Below are positions 1 to 9,265 of a DNA stretch of 64,000 nucleotides, one piece after another (the stretch's first letter is position 1; every line of letters starts with the position of its first letter). The notes beneath the pieces are model-generated. The model made no database searches. It saw only the letters and a list, made by a program, of their open reading frames with translations, and was not told where the DNA came from. This DNA is from an uncultured Bacilli bacterium (GTDB taxonomy: Bacteria; Bacillota_I; Bacilli_A; RF39; UBA660), in assembly GCA_963931305.1 (NCBI GenBank), contig OZ006994.1:741444-805443 (forward strand), given 5' to 3'. The translations under genes were made by a program, and so were the position numbers.

Positions 1-417
1 ATCGACATATTTACTTAAAAAACGATTACTTGCGCCAGGAACACTATTTTGTTCATGGATTGCTGTTTTAATTTTTAATTTATGGGCAGCTAAAATTACT
101 GGAGCTGTCACATATCCACCTACTCCAATCACTAAATCTGGTTGAAATTTTTTCATGATACGAAGACATTTACGATAGCTTTTATAAAAACAAGTAAATG
201 TCTTGATATTTTTATATACTTTTTTGCGATATAATCCATAAATTTCTAATGTTTCAAAAGGAATTCCCTTTTCTGGAACAATATCTTTTTCCATACGATT
301 ATGTGTTCCAATATATAATACCTCTAATTTAGGATCTACTTCTTTTAATTTATTGATAATTGCTAAAGCAGGATAAATATGTCCTCCTGTCCCTCCAGCA
401 CTTACTATGACTTTCAT
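1..417 (-). CDS. murG: UDP-N-acetylglucosamine--N-acetylmuramyl-(pentapeptide) pyrophosphoryl-undecaprenol GlcNAc transferase MurG, N-terminal part (runs off the window)
   Basis: My translation from the ATG at 417 reads MKVIVSAGGTGGHIYPALAIINKLKEVDPKLEVLYIGTHNRMEKDIVPEKGIPF... It has the GGTGGH glycine loop and N-domain pattern of MurG. This gene is not in the ORF track because it is truncated by the window edge. Confidence 0.85.
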   Translation of the reverse strand, partial: MKVIVSAGGTGGHIYPALAIINKLKEVDPKLEVLYIGTHNRMEKDIVPEKGIPFETLEIYGLYRKKVYKNIKTFTCFYKSYRKCLRIMKKFQPDLVIGVGGYVTAPVILAAHKLKIKTAIHEQNSVPGASNRFLSKYVD

Positions 418-471
418 ACCATCACATCCTACTATATTATATCAAATTATATGAAACATGGAAACCAGATA

Positions 472-1791
472 TCACGAAATACGATAATAACGAGTTTTAG
501 GAGTAAGTGTTACTTGTTTTGCACGTGCTAATTCTTTTACGCTTAATAACAGATACCCTCTCATATATAATTCATCAGCCATACGAATGGCAGCATCAAT
601 ACTTGCATAATAAATGTCATGAAACAACACAATAGAACCATCTTCTATCTGATCAATCGAATTTTGATAGGTTGCATTCGCATCACGATATTTCCAATCT
701 AATGTATCAACATTCCAAAGAATAATAGGTGTATCAATATAAGAAAGTGTTACATCATTATAATTCCCATAAGGGGGACGGATACTTGTTGGATTCTTAC
801 CAATAATTCGATGAATAATATTCTTTGTTTGATTAATTTCATAACTTTGTTCTTCATTAGAAATTCTTTTTAAATTACGATGTTGATAAGTATGGCTTCC
901 AATTTCAAAACCATTTTGATCGACCATTTTTACTACCTCAGGATATTTTTCAGCATTTCTTCCTAACATAAAAAAGCTAGCATTCATCCCTCTTTTATTT
1001 AATTCCGTAAGCAATGTAGGAGTAGTATTCGGATTTGGTCCATCATCAAAAGTAAACGCAACCACTTTACGATCTTTTATATAATCTTGAAACCACTGAT
1101 CTACTTTCTTTTCAATTCCTAATTTTTCCCAATTAACTTGATCTTTTATCATATAAAAAGGAATACCTATCTCATAATTTTTATTTTCTTTTTCTATTTC
1201 AAAATACAAACAGTAATCATCATTTTGATTTTGCAAATACCAATTTTCAGAAGCAATCGCTTTTTTTACTTCTTCTTGAATTTGATTATCACTAGGAATT
1301 GGTGGAGTTAAAGTACGTATCATGCGATTCCATTCCAGATTTAAAAAAGTAATTATCTTTTCTTCCATCTCACGATTCCAATGATGAAACACTTGTTTTA
1401 GGGTAACTCTTTGATGATCATTTTGGTGATAAATCCACGTTTCTTTCTCTTCTTTCTTATCTTCTTTTTTAGTCCAAATAACTTGTGTTAAATCACCTGT
1501 AACTTTTATTTCATATTCTAAGTTCTCAATTTTATCATTTTCTAAAATTTTCTTTTGATATTTTTTAGCTTCCTCATTTAGTTTCTTATCTTGAAACACT
1601 GGAATGTGAATCATTCTATTATCTTGTTTGATTTCACGATAATATTGACCATTTTTATCTTTTAACAATTTTCCTTTATTTCCAAAAATTGCTGTAACAA
1701 ACATAAAAACAAGGACAATGAAAACACCAATCATGGCAAGTTTTATATATTTTCGTTGTCTTTGATACCACAACTTACTCCTCTTTCTCAC
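472..1791 (-). CDS. Membrane-anchored polysaccharide/peptidoglycan deacetylase (NodB homology domain)
   Basis: It has an N-terminal TM segment. The C-terminal NodB motifs are VVAFTFDDGPNPNTTP, EIGSHTYQH and LFHD. The stop codon is TGA at 472-474. Confidence 0.85.
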   Translation of the reverse strand: MRKRSKLWYQRQRKYIKLAMIGVFIVLVFMFVTAIFGNKGKLLKDKNGQYYREIKQDNRMIHIPVFQDKKLNEEAKKYQKKILENDKIENLEYEIKVTGDLTQVIWTKKEDKKEEKETWIYHQNDHQRVTLKQVFHHWNREMEEKIITFLNLEWNRMIRTLTPPIPSDNQIQEEVKKAIASENWYLQNQNDDYCLYFEIEKENKNYEIGIPFYMIKDQVNWEKLGIEKKVDQWFQDYIKDRKVVAFTFDDGPNPNTTPTLLTELNKRGMNASFFMLGRNAEKYPEVVKMVDQNGFEIGSHTYQHRNLKRISNEEQSYEINQTKNIIHRIIGKNPTSIRPPYGNYNDVTLSYIDTPIILWNVDTLDWKYRDANATYQNSIDQIEDGSIVLFHDIYYASIDAAIRMADELYMRGYLLLSVKELARAKQVTLTPKTRYYRIS

Positions 1792-1861
1792 CCTATCACC
1801 TACATCCTAACTCATCATTATTATACCCTTTTTTTCAAAAAAGAAAAGGTATAAAAAAGAA

Positions 1862-2485
1862 TTATAGCTCTTTTACTATAATTCCTAACAATCCAGATAA
1901 TTGTAATGCTTGAGAAGAATTTACAATCATTCCCCGAATACTTTCTAAATCAGTCTTTAACCCTTCTATATGATTACTTGTAATATCAACATCTTTCAGT
2001 GATGTATGTAATAATTCTAAATCTAATAACTCATTATCTTGTAATAAAAGTTTTTTACAATTTGTATCCTGTAATATCATATTTTGAAAGGAACAAGATA
2101 TTATTTTTACTTCATTCATCGTTGCAAAAGAAAAATTCACATAACGCCCCACACAATTTTGAAATGTAACTTTCTTTATCGTTGTCATTCCAAAATCAGT
2201 TCCTACCATTTTACAATTATCAAATGTAACTTTATGCAGATATGGACTAGCAAATTCAGAATTTGAATTCCATATTACATTGGAAAAATCACAGTTTTTA
2301 AATATCACATCATAACAAGATATATTTTGAAAATTTAAATCAGTAAAACATACTTTTTCAAAATAACAATGATTACATTCTAAAACATTAGAAAAATCAA
2401 ATTGATCATGTTCTCGTATTTTTACATATTCTATTGTATCTTCTATTTCTATCTCTGAAATCGTTTTATACTTTTCTTGTGTCAT
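1862..2485 (-). CDS. Pentapeptide-repeat protein
   Basis: The protein shows a repetitive A(D/N)LxX-like five-residue periodicity throughout (DFSNV, CDFSNV, TDFGM, VNFSF and others). Confidence 0.7.
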   Translation of the reverse strand: MTQEKYKTISEIEIEDTIEYVKIREHDQFDFSNVLECNHCYFEKVCFTDLNFQNISCYDVIFKNCDFSNVIWNSNSEFASPYLHKVTFDNCKMVGTDFGMTTIKKVTFQNCVGRYVNFSFATMNEVKIISCSFQNMILQDTNCKKLLLQDNELLDLELLHTSLKDVDITSNHIEGLKTDLESIRGMIVNSSQALQLSGLLGIIVKEL

Positions 2486-2486
2486 A

Positions 2487-2876
2487 CTAACTCAATTCTC
2501 CACTATAATCTTGTATTCCTCCAATTTCATATACTTGTTTATAACCAAGTGCTGCTAATTTAGCACTCGCTTGAACACTACGATTTCCACTTTCACAATA
2601 GACAAGTATTTTTTCATGATAATCTTTTAACTTCCCTACCACTGTACCATCTATGGCATGTAATGGGATATTAATTGCACCTTTAATATGACCTTTTTCA
2701 TACTCTTCTTCTGTTCTAACATCTACTATAACGGTATCTTTTTCTTTCATATATTCCATCGCTACATCCATGGAAATATGCGTATATCCAGCATCTGTTT
2801 TCTCAATCACATTTTTATCTTTACAACCTGTTACAAAACATAACAAACATATTAATATTATGGTAATTTTTTTCAT
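2487..2876 (-). CDS. Rhodanese-domain lipoprotein
   Basis: The likely start is the ATG at 2876, preceded by an AGGA Shine-Dalgarno (SD) sequence. The lipobox is LLCFVTGC and the rhodanese active-site loop is CESGNRS. Confidence 0.8.
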   Translation of the reverse strand: MKKITIILICLLCFVTGCKDKNVIEKTDAGYTHISMDVAMEYMKEKDTVIVDVRTEEEYEKGHIKGAINIPLHAIDGTVVGKLKDYHEKILVYCESGNRSVQASAKLAALGYKQVYEIGGIQDYSGELS

Positions 2877-2981
2877 ATAATTCCTACTTTCCTCAAACAT
2901 CATACCAATTTCATTTAAAAAAGGCAATATCTTTTTTTCAAAACAAAAAGAGTTTAAAAACTCTTTTCAATATGAAATTCA

Positions 2982-4259
2982 TTAATACATAGTTGTTCTA
3001 TCTTTAAAGTAATCAGTAGCTCCACCACTCCATGGGAAGTTGACTGTTTCTCTTGGATCATATGTATTTGCAATAAATGTATTCCAACTCATATAATCTT
3101 TTAAATAATGGCCATTTGCAATTCCAAAGTGAAGATGCTGTGCAGTAGAACAAGAATCCCACCATTCTGAATTTCTATCTCCACCCATAATACCTATTTG
3201 GGTATTTTGAGTAACCACTTGACCAACACTTACATCAATTCTTCTTAAATGTGCATATTCTGTTGTATATTTTTTACCATTTACTGTATGAATAATAAAG
3301 ATCATATTTCCCCCACAGTTAGAACGATAACGTGTTCCAATTACAACCCCATCGGCTGCTGGATAAATAGGAACGGTTCCCTTCTGTGATACATCTAATG
3401 CTTCATGTAATTCATAATTTCCAGTTGCTGGATTTAAACGATATCCATATTCACTTGTTACATAACCTTCAATAATCGGTCTTAAGAAACTTGTTCCAGC
3501 TGGTAGTGTTCCGATTCCAACAGAACCCGTTCCAGGGCTACTACTTCCACCACTTACACTTGGAACACGTCCACATGTTTTTGTATCTTCATTATCAGAA
3601 CATCCCATATTTTCTAATACTTTAATTGCCTCTTTTTGCATTTCAATCTCATCTTGAGCAGACATTTTAATATCTGTAACTTCTGTTAAATGCTCCCCTA
3701 ATTTTTTCGTTTCTTCTTCTAAAGCTGCCTGTTTTTCTTTTAAACTTGTTTGCTTAGAATCCATTTCTTTCTGTTTCTTTTTTGACGTTTCTACGGTTTT
3801 ATCATATTCATCAATTAAATTTTCATTATAAGCAGAAACTTGTTCTGAAACTGCCATACGATAGATAAAATCTGTAAAATCTTGAGCACCAAAAGCATAC
3901 TCTAAATAAGCATTCTCACCACTAGAAATCTGTACAAAATTAATCACTTTTCTTACTTCATCATCTAACTTTGCACTTTTTTTATTTAATTCATCAATTT
4001 CCCCTTGTAATTTTTTCACATCTTCTTGTAATTGAGATACTTCTTTTTTCAAACTTTCTACTGTTTGATTATTTGTATCAATTTGATCTTGTGTCTTTTC
4101 TGCCTCTGCACTTGCATTTTTATACTCTTCTTCCGCTTGTGCTAATTTTGCTTTTAAATCTCCAAGTGTTTCTGCTTCTACTTGGAAAGGTTGTATTATA
4201 ATTGAAAAAATAATAGCTGCTATTAAAATGAAAACAAATGTTTTAACACCTAATTTCAT
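2982..4259 (-). CDS. Secreted coiled-coil M23 (LytM) peptidoglycan metalloendopeptidase, PcsB/EnvC-like architecture
   Basis: The likely start is the ATG at 4259, preceded by an AGGTGA SD. It has a signal/TM segment and a long Lys/Glu coiled coil. The C-terminal M23 motifs are HEALDVS, YAHL and HLHFGI. Confidence 0.8.
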   Translation of the reverse strand: MKLGVKTFVFILIAAIIFSIIIQPFQVEAETLGDLKAKLAQAEEEYKNASAEAEKTQDQIDTNNQTVESLKKEVSQLQEDVKKLQGEIDELNKKSAKLDDEVRKVINFVQISSGENAYLEYAFGAQDFTDFIYRMAVSEQVSAYNENLIDEYDKTVETSKKKQKEMDSKQTSLKEKQAALEEETKKLGEHLTEVTDIKMSAQDEIEMQKEAIKVLENMGCSDNEDTKTCGRVPSVSGGSSSPGTGSVGIGTLPAGTSFLRPIIEGYVTSEYGYRLNPATGNYELHEALDVSQKGTVPIYPAADGVVIGTRYRSNCGGNMIFIIHTVNGKKYTTEYAHLRRIDVSVGQVVTQNTQIGIMGGDRNSEWWDSCSTAQHLHFGIANGHYLKDYMSWNTFIANTYDPRETVNFPWSGGATDYFKDRTTMY

Positions 4260-4365
4260 AACATCACCTAGCCTTACATATATCATTATACTACTTTTTT
4301 CTTATTTTTCCATTAGAAAAAATTAGAAGTTTTATATTTGACATTTCTTGACAAAAAAAGATTCA

Positions 4366-7300
4366 TTAAGAACCTTTTAATGTTTTTACTTTCTGTGGTT
4401 GTGCGAGTGAAAATTGCACTTCTAAATTTTGATATGATACATCGTCAAGATGACATTTTATTCTTTGTCCAATGCGCAAAGAATCACATTTTGTTTTATG
4501 ATAATATGCTAAAGCATCTGGTACATATTCATAATCTCTTAACATATCTCGAGGAATTAGTCCAGTAATACAATTATCTAATTGAATACGAATTCCAAAA
4601 GGATCTGCCATAACAATACGAGCATCAAAGTCTTCTCCAATATAAGCTTCTAAATACTCAATTCCTTTAATACGATCTACTTCTCTTTCGCATTCTTGAG
4701 CATTTACTTCTTGTAATGAACTATGTACTAATTTATTATTTAATTTACAACCAAATTGATATGCTTTCTTTTCATTATATTGATTATTTTTCTCTAATTT
4801 AATCGCACGATGAGCCAGTAAATCTGGGTATCGACGAATTGGTGATGTAAAATGAGAATAATTAGAACTTGCTAAACCAAAATGGTGGAAATTTTCAACA
4901 GAATAGAAGGCCTTATTCATTGATCTTAAAAATAGATAAGCAATTGTAGGATAGTTATCATCCCCTTCAAATTGTTTTAACAAGGATTCAATTTGTCCAG
5001 GTTCTACTCCATTTTCTAAATCTAATTGATAATGATAACCCATTTTATTTAACATTTCTAATGCATTTTTAATATTATATGGATCTGGTTTTGGGTGAAC
5101 TCTATATTGGAATGGATGATCTAATTTTTCCATCATAGTAGCAGCACATTCATTGGCAGCAATCATGAAATCTTCAATGATTCTCTCTCCTTCTCCTCTT
5201 TTTATCACTTCTACTTCAGTAGCTCTTCCTTCTTCATCTAAAATATACTTTGGTTTTGGTATTTCAAATGAAATCGCACCACGATCATGTCTTTTTTTAC
5301 GAAGTAAATGAGATAGTTCAAGCATCTTTAATAAACTATTTTGAAATGGTTGATATCCTTGAACATAATTACCATCTAATACTTCATTTACTTTCTTATA
5401 TGTCATTCTTTTCTTAGAACAAATCACTGTTTCATAAAAATCATAGTCTACGATATTTCCTTCTGGATCAATTTCCATAATACAAGATAATGTTAAACGA
5501 TCTTCATATGGATTTAAAGAACAAATTCCATTCGACAATCTCTCTGGTAACATTGGAACCACCCTGTCAGCAACATATACACTGGTCCCTCTTTTATCTG
5601 CCTCTTTATCTAATGCACTATCTTCTTCTACATAATAAGATACATCGGCAATATGTACCCCTAATTCATAATTCCCATTTTCTAACACATTAATCGAAAC
5701 CGCATCATCAAAATCTTTCGCATCATCGCCATCAATGGTAAAAATCTCTCTATCACGTAAATCAAGACGTCTATTTACCTCTTGTTGAAATACTTGTGAT
5801 GGAACATGTTCTGCTTCATATAATACTTGGCTAGGAAAACGGTTTGGGATATTATGTTCATCTAATACTTGATCAACCAATACTCTTGGATTATACATAT
5901 TTCCATATATTTTCACTACTTTAGCAGATAAACAAGAAGCATTCTTATCAAAACGTATCATAACACGGTCATCCGCTTTCGCTCCCATTGTATCTATCAA
6001 TAAAATAGGTTCATCTATATAATCACCATCTACTACTGCATAATATTTTCCATTTTCTTCAATCACTGTAGCAAATGCATCTTCTAATACACATTTATGT
6101 TTCATAATTTCACCTAACATTTCTTTTGAATCATGGTGGATTTTCACAAGTACACGATCTTTATTTCTAGCTCCTTTTACAAAACGACTAGGAACAAGTA
6201 CATGCCCTCCACTTTCTAGTTCTACCAATCCATATGGACCTTTTCCTTCTTTATAAATACCAACTTTCATATCGTTTCCAATCAATAATTTATAATAACC
6301 GTGATGTTCCTCGATATGAAAATTATCGACCATAAATTCCAATATCATTCTTAAATCATCTTCAGAAATCGTCATCAAACCATTTATATCATAAAAAGTT
6401 AATTCCCCATGACTCAGTATTTTTTCAATTTGATGAATCTCATTCAAATATGATATTCCATGAATTTGATACATCTTTCTTCTTTGTTCACTTCTTTTTG
6501 CTTGCTTATTCTGTACCTCTTTTTCCTTTTGCATCTTTTCTTGTTCTTCTAATATTTGGTTATATTGTTCAATATTCTCATAATGTTGATCGATAATAAT
6601 ATCATTTAATATTTTCTGATTAATATATGCGAAATAATTTCTAGCTGGTGTAGTACAATGTGCATAATATTGAAATCCTAATCCCTTATGTCCTGTATTA
6701 TGTCTTCTATAATATGAAAACATTGGAAGCATATCTAAAATATTAATGACATATTCTTGTTCTTTGATATCATTACAACAACTTTTAATATATTCTAATT
6801 CTTCATCAGAAATATCAAAATCATTTAAACGATACATCATTGGAATCCCGTTCTCATAACATAATTTTGCTTGATAAAAATTAACTAATACCTTCAATTC
6901 GGAAATCATTAAATGGGATTTACTATAATTTTTATTACCATGATAATGTTCCCCTGTTTCCATAAAATGAAGTAACTCTTTAATTAAATGATATTTTCTT
7001 TGTGAAGTATTATCAATGTGGTATTTTCTCATAATTTCATAAAAACGATTCCATGTATCTACATAATTATATTTTTTCATTTCCATAATATGATTTACTT
7101 GATCATAATTATAATTTTTAGAAATTTTAGCAATCCCACGACCAATAGAAATGTCTGTAAGACAATTGTTCTTATCAAACTCTAATTCATAAACAATGAC
7201 ATTTTTCGTAGCTTTCTCAGATGGAACTGCATTTAAAGAAAATATTTCACGTTTGGTTTTATTACTTAACATATCTTGTTTTCCAGTAAACCAATTCCCT

Positions 7301-8196
7301 TTTGCTTGAAAAGATAACTTTTTATGTTGTTCAAAAATATCTACTGCATCCACAATATATAAATTTACATATAACTTATCATTTATTACTTTCAGTGAAA
7401 TAGCATCCTCACGAAGCGACGTCTTTTCATCATCTATCGTAAAAATAAATTCATCTTCATAGTGTTTTACATCATCTCTAAAATGATATTTCACATGTTC
7501 TTTATCTTCAAAGCAATGTAATTGTAATCCAGTCATAATAATTCCTAATGTCTGATAACGATATTTTTGGTAAGAATTTTCTGAAGTTAATTGAAGAGAT
7601 GCTTTCCTCTTCTGATAATCTTGATATATATAGTCTTGAATATCAGGATAAATACGAGTGCTTTTTAATAATGATTTTACTAACTGATATGAATATTCGT
7701 ATTCACTCTGGTAATTAGAATTTAAATTTTCATAATATTGATCCAATATCCAGTCAATTAATCGTTTACCTTCTACATTTCCAAGTAATAATAAAGGATG
7801 GTTAGTAATTTCTAATGAAGCATGATCTAAATCCTGATCTAGAAATATCTTTAAATACAATTTTTCAGGAACCGTCAAATAATCTTTCTCATATCCATTT
7901 TCGTAATAGCGAGAAATATTGTATATTTCTTGTTTTACTTCTTGAAAACGTTGGTGATATGGAGGATGTTTCTTTCCTTCTTCTTGTAATTGGTGATAAA
8001 TATCTTGAATACGAAGTATTGTATTGTGTAAATATTTTGGTTTATATTCAGTTGCATAAAATGGAAACGGATTTGTTTCGTTTTCCAAAAATGTAATTAA
8101 CTTTTCTACAAGTTGTTCATCATTACAATGATAAAATTCTTTTAATTGTTCGTTTGTAATTTCTCTAGTCTTGTGAATTAACTTCAATATTTCCAT
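4366..8196 (-). CDS. rnr: Ribonuclease R with a roughly 640-aa N-terminal extension containing a second, degenerate RNB-like domain
   Basis: The C-terminal half is a canonical CSD-CSD-RNB-S1 arrangement (FTIDGDDAKDFDDAVS, HFGLASSNYSHFTSPIRRYPDLLAHR). The N-terminal half repeats the same blocks in degenerate form (FTIDDEKTSLREDAIS, GLGFQYYAHCTTPARNYFAYINQ). Confidence 0.8.
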   Translation of the reverse strand: MEILKLIHKTREITNEQLKEFYHCNDEQLVEKLITFLENETNPFPFYATEYKPKYLHNTILRIQDIYHQLQEEGKKHPPYHQRFQEVKQEIYNISRYYENGYEKDYLTVPEKLYLKIFLDQDLDHASLEITNHPLLLLGNVEGKRLIDWILDQYYENLNSNYQSEYEYSYQLVKSLLKSTRIYPDIQDYIYQDYQKRKASLQLTSENSYQKYRYQTLGIIMTGLQLHCFEDKEHVKYHFRDDVKHYEDEFIFTIDDEKTSLREDAISLKVINDKLYVNLYIVDAVDIFEQHKKLSFQAKGNWFTGKQDMLSNKTKREIFSLNAVPSEKATKNVIVYELEFDKNNCLTDISIGRGIAKISKNYNYDQVNHIMEMKKYNYVDTWNRFYEIMRKYHIDNTSQRKYHLIKELLHFMETGEHYHGNKNYSKSHLMISELKVLVNFYQAKLCYENGIPMMYRLNDFDISDEELEYIKSCCNDIKEQEYVINILDMLPMFSYYRRHNTGHKGLGFQYYAHCTTPARNYFAYINQKILNDIIIDQHYENIEQYNQILEEQEKMQKEKEVQNKQAKRSEQRRKMYQIHGISYLNEIHQIEKILSHGELTFYDINGLMTISEDDLRMILEFMVDNFHIEEHHGYYKLLIGNDMKVGIYKEGKGPYGLVELESGGHVLVPSRFVKGARNKDRVLVKIHHDSKEMLGEIMKHKCVLEDAFATVIEENGKYYAVVDGDYIDEPILLIDTMGAKADDRVMIRFDKNASCLSAKVVKIYGNMYNPRVLVDQVLDEHNIPNRFPSQVLYEAEHVPSQVFQQEVNRRLDLRDREIFTIDGDDAKDFDDAVSINVLENGNYELGVHIADVSYYVEEDSALDKEADKRGTSVYVADRVVPMLPERLSNGICSLNPYEDRLTLSCIMEIDPEGNIVDYDFYETVICSKKRMTYKKVNEVLDGNYVQGYQPFQNSLLKMLELSHLLRKKRHDRGAISFEIPKPKYILDEEGRATEVEVIKRGEGERIIEDFMIAANECAATMMEKLDHPFQYRVHPKPDPYNIKNALEMLNKMGYHYQLDLENGVEPGQIESLLKQFEGDDNYPTIAYLFLRSMNKAFYSVENFHHFGLASSNYSHFTSPIRRYPDLLAHRAIKLEKNNQYNEKKAYQFGCKLNNKLVHSSLQEVNAQECEREVDRIKGIEYLEAYIGEDFDARIVMADPFGIRIQLDNCITGLIPRDMLRDYEYVPDALAYYHKTKCDSLRIGQRIKCHLDDVSYQNLEVQFSLAQPQKVKTLKGS

Positions 8197-8210
8197 ATAT
8201 AACTCCTTCT

Positions 8211-8251
8211 ACAAAAAAGTACGCAACGATACTATCATCATTGCGTACTTT
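8211..8251 (-). terminator. Terminator-like hairpin immediately upstream of the rnr ribosome-binding site
   Basis: An 11-bp stem (AAAGTACGCAA / TTGCGTACTTT) with a 14-nt loop is followed by a U-run on the minus strand. It ends about 15 nt before the rnr SD. Confidence 0.5.
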
Positions 8252-8426
8252 AAAATTCTATATTCTTTTCTAGTTGTAATTTTTTTCTTGCCTTCATATT
8301 ATGTCTCCCACTCAACTTCACTTTTATTATACTATATTTTTTTGATTTCGCAGCAAAAATTTTTCATTTTTTTAGTATTTTTTATCATGTTTGCAATATG
8401 AAAATAAACGAGTCATTGCTTCTCGT

Positions 8427-8864
8427 TTATTTTTTCAACACTTTATTTTTTTTTAATTCCGGATAAAAACGGTTGATTTCAATTTCTGCATTTTCTAAAG
8501 AATCAGAACCATGAATAATATTATAAGTACAACAGGTCTTATCTCCATAATCACCACGAATTGTACCTGGTAAAGCATCTTTACTATCTGTTGCCCCCAT
8601 TAAACTTCTCACTCTACTAACAGCATTTTCTCCTTCTACAATCATAGCCATAACAGGACCAGACATCATAAATAATTCTAATGTTGGATAAAATGGTTTA
8701 TCAACTAAATGTGCATAGTGTTCTCTTATAATTTCTTCATCCAAATACATTTCTTTCACATTACTAACTGATAATCCTATATTTTCAATTCTATGAATAA
8801 TTTCATCCAATAATTGTTTTCTAACACCATCTGGTTTTAACATCACATAAGTACGTTCTATCAT
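8427..8864 (-). CDS. ndk: Nucleoside diphosphate kinase
   Basis: It has the ERTYVMLKPDG N-terminus and the NIIHGSDS active-site histidine motif. Confidence 0.95.
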   Translation of the reverse strand: MIERTYVMLKPDGVRKQLLDEIIHRIENIGLSVSNVKEMYLDEEIIREHYAHLVDKPFYPTLELFMMSGPVMAMIVEGENAVSRVRSLMGATDSKDALPGTIRGDYGDKTCCTYNIIHGSDSLENAEIEINRFYPELKKNKVLKK

Positions 8865-9108
8865 AATACCTTCCTTTCACTTTTTATTATAACATGGCTT
8901 TCTTAATTGATAAAGCTTTATAGCAAAATAATACACAAAACCAAACTATCTTTAGTCTGTCAAAGTGTGAAGATAATTCAGTTGAGGATGTTATCTATCA
9001 CTTTTTATAAACTATGAATACTTCACTTTATTTTGCTCTTTATTTAGTTCTTCCATCATTATATGTGTAAATTCTGGATATATAGCTAATAAAGTTTTGA
9101 CAGCTAAA

Positions 9109-9136
9109 CGAAAAAATCAATCATTTCCGATTGATT
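9109..9136 (-). terminator. Intrinsic terminator downstream of tRNA-Thr
   Basis: An 8-bp stem (AATCAATC / GATTGATT) with a 6-nt loop is followed by TTTTT on the minus strand. Confidence 0.6.
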
Positions 9137-9177
9137 CCTATATCAAAAGTTCGTTCTTTTCGAACAAATTTCTAAAG

Positions 9178-9251
9178 TGGTGCCGCTTGTAAGAATCGAA
9201 CTTACCATTGAGCCTTACCATGGCTCCGTTATACCACTTAACTAAAGCGGC
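9178..9251 (-). tRNA. tRNA-Thr (anticodon GGU)
   Basis: I folded it by hand as a cloverleaf. The acceptor stem is GCCGCTT/AAGCGGC, the D stem GTTA/TAAC and the anticodon stem GAGCC/GGCTC. The anticodon loop is ATGGTAA, the T arm is GTAAG-TTCGATT-CTTAC, and CCA is encoded. Confidence 0.9.
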
Positions 9252-9265
9252 GGCTTCAGATATGA

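Noticed and set aside
2084-2266. These are short ORFs of 60-120 aa in the track that lie antisense inside longer, well-supported genes. The list is 2084-2266, 3971-4201, 4338-4568, 5490-5693, 7815-8096, 10781-11035, 11546-11857, 12936-13124, 13132-13329, 15826-16188, 19470-19718, 20805-21008, 21224-21511 and 23219-23440. It continues with 25053-25256, 29929-30120, 32609-32791, 33588-33953, 40672-40875, 41696-41944, 41957-42181, 47323-47685, 48295-48486, 48855-49058, 53674-53871, 57128-57475, 57599-57796, 58547-58783, 58898-59098 and 61395-61613.
   Set aside because: Each is embedded in, or out of frame within, a gene with clear family motifs. Their translations are low-complexity Leu/Phe/Ile/Ser-rich strings typical of antisense frames in AT-rich DNA. 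None has a convincing Shine-Dalgarno sequence.
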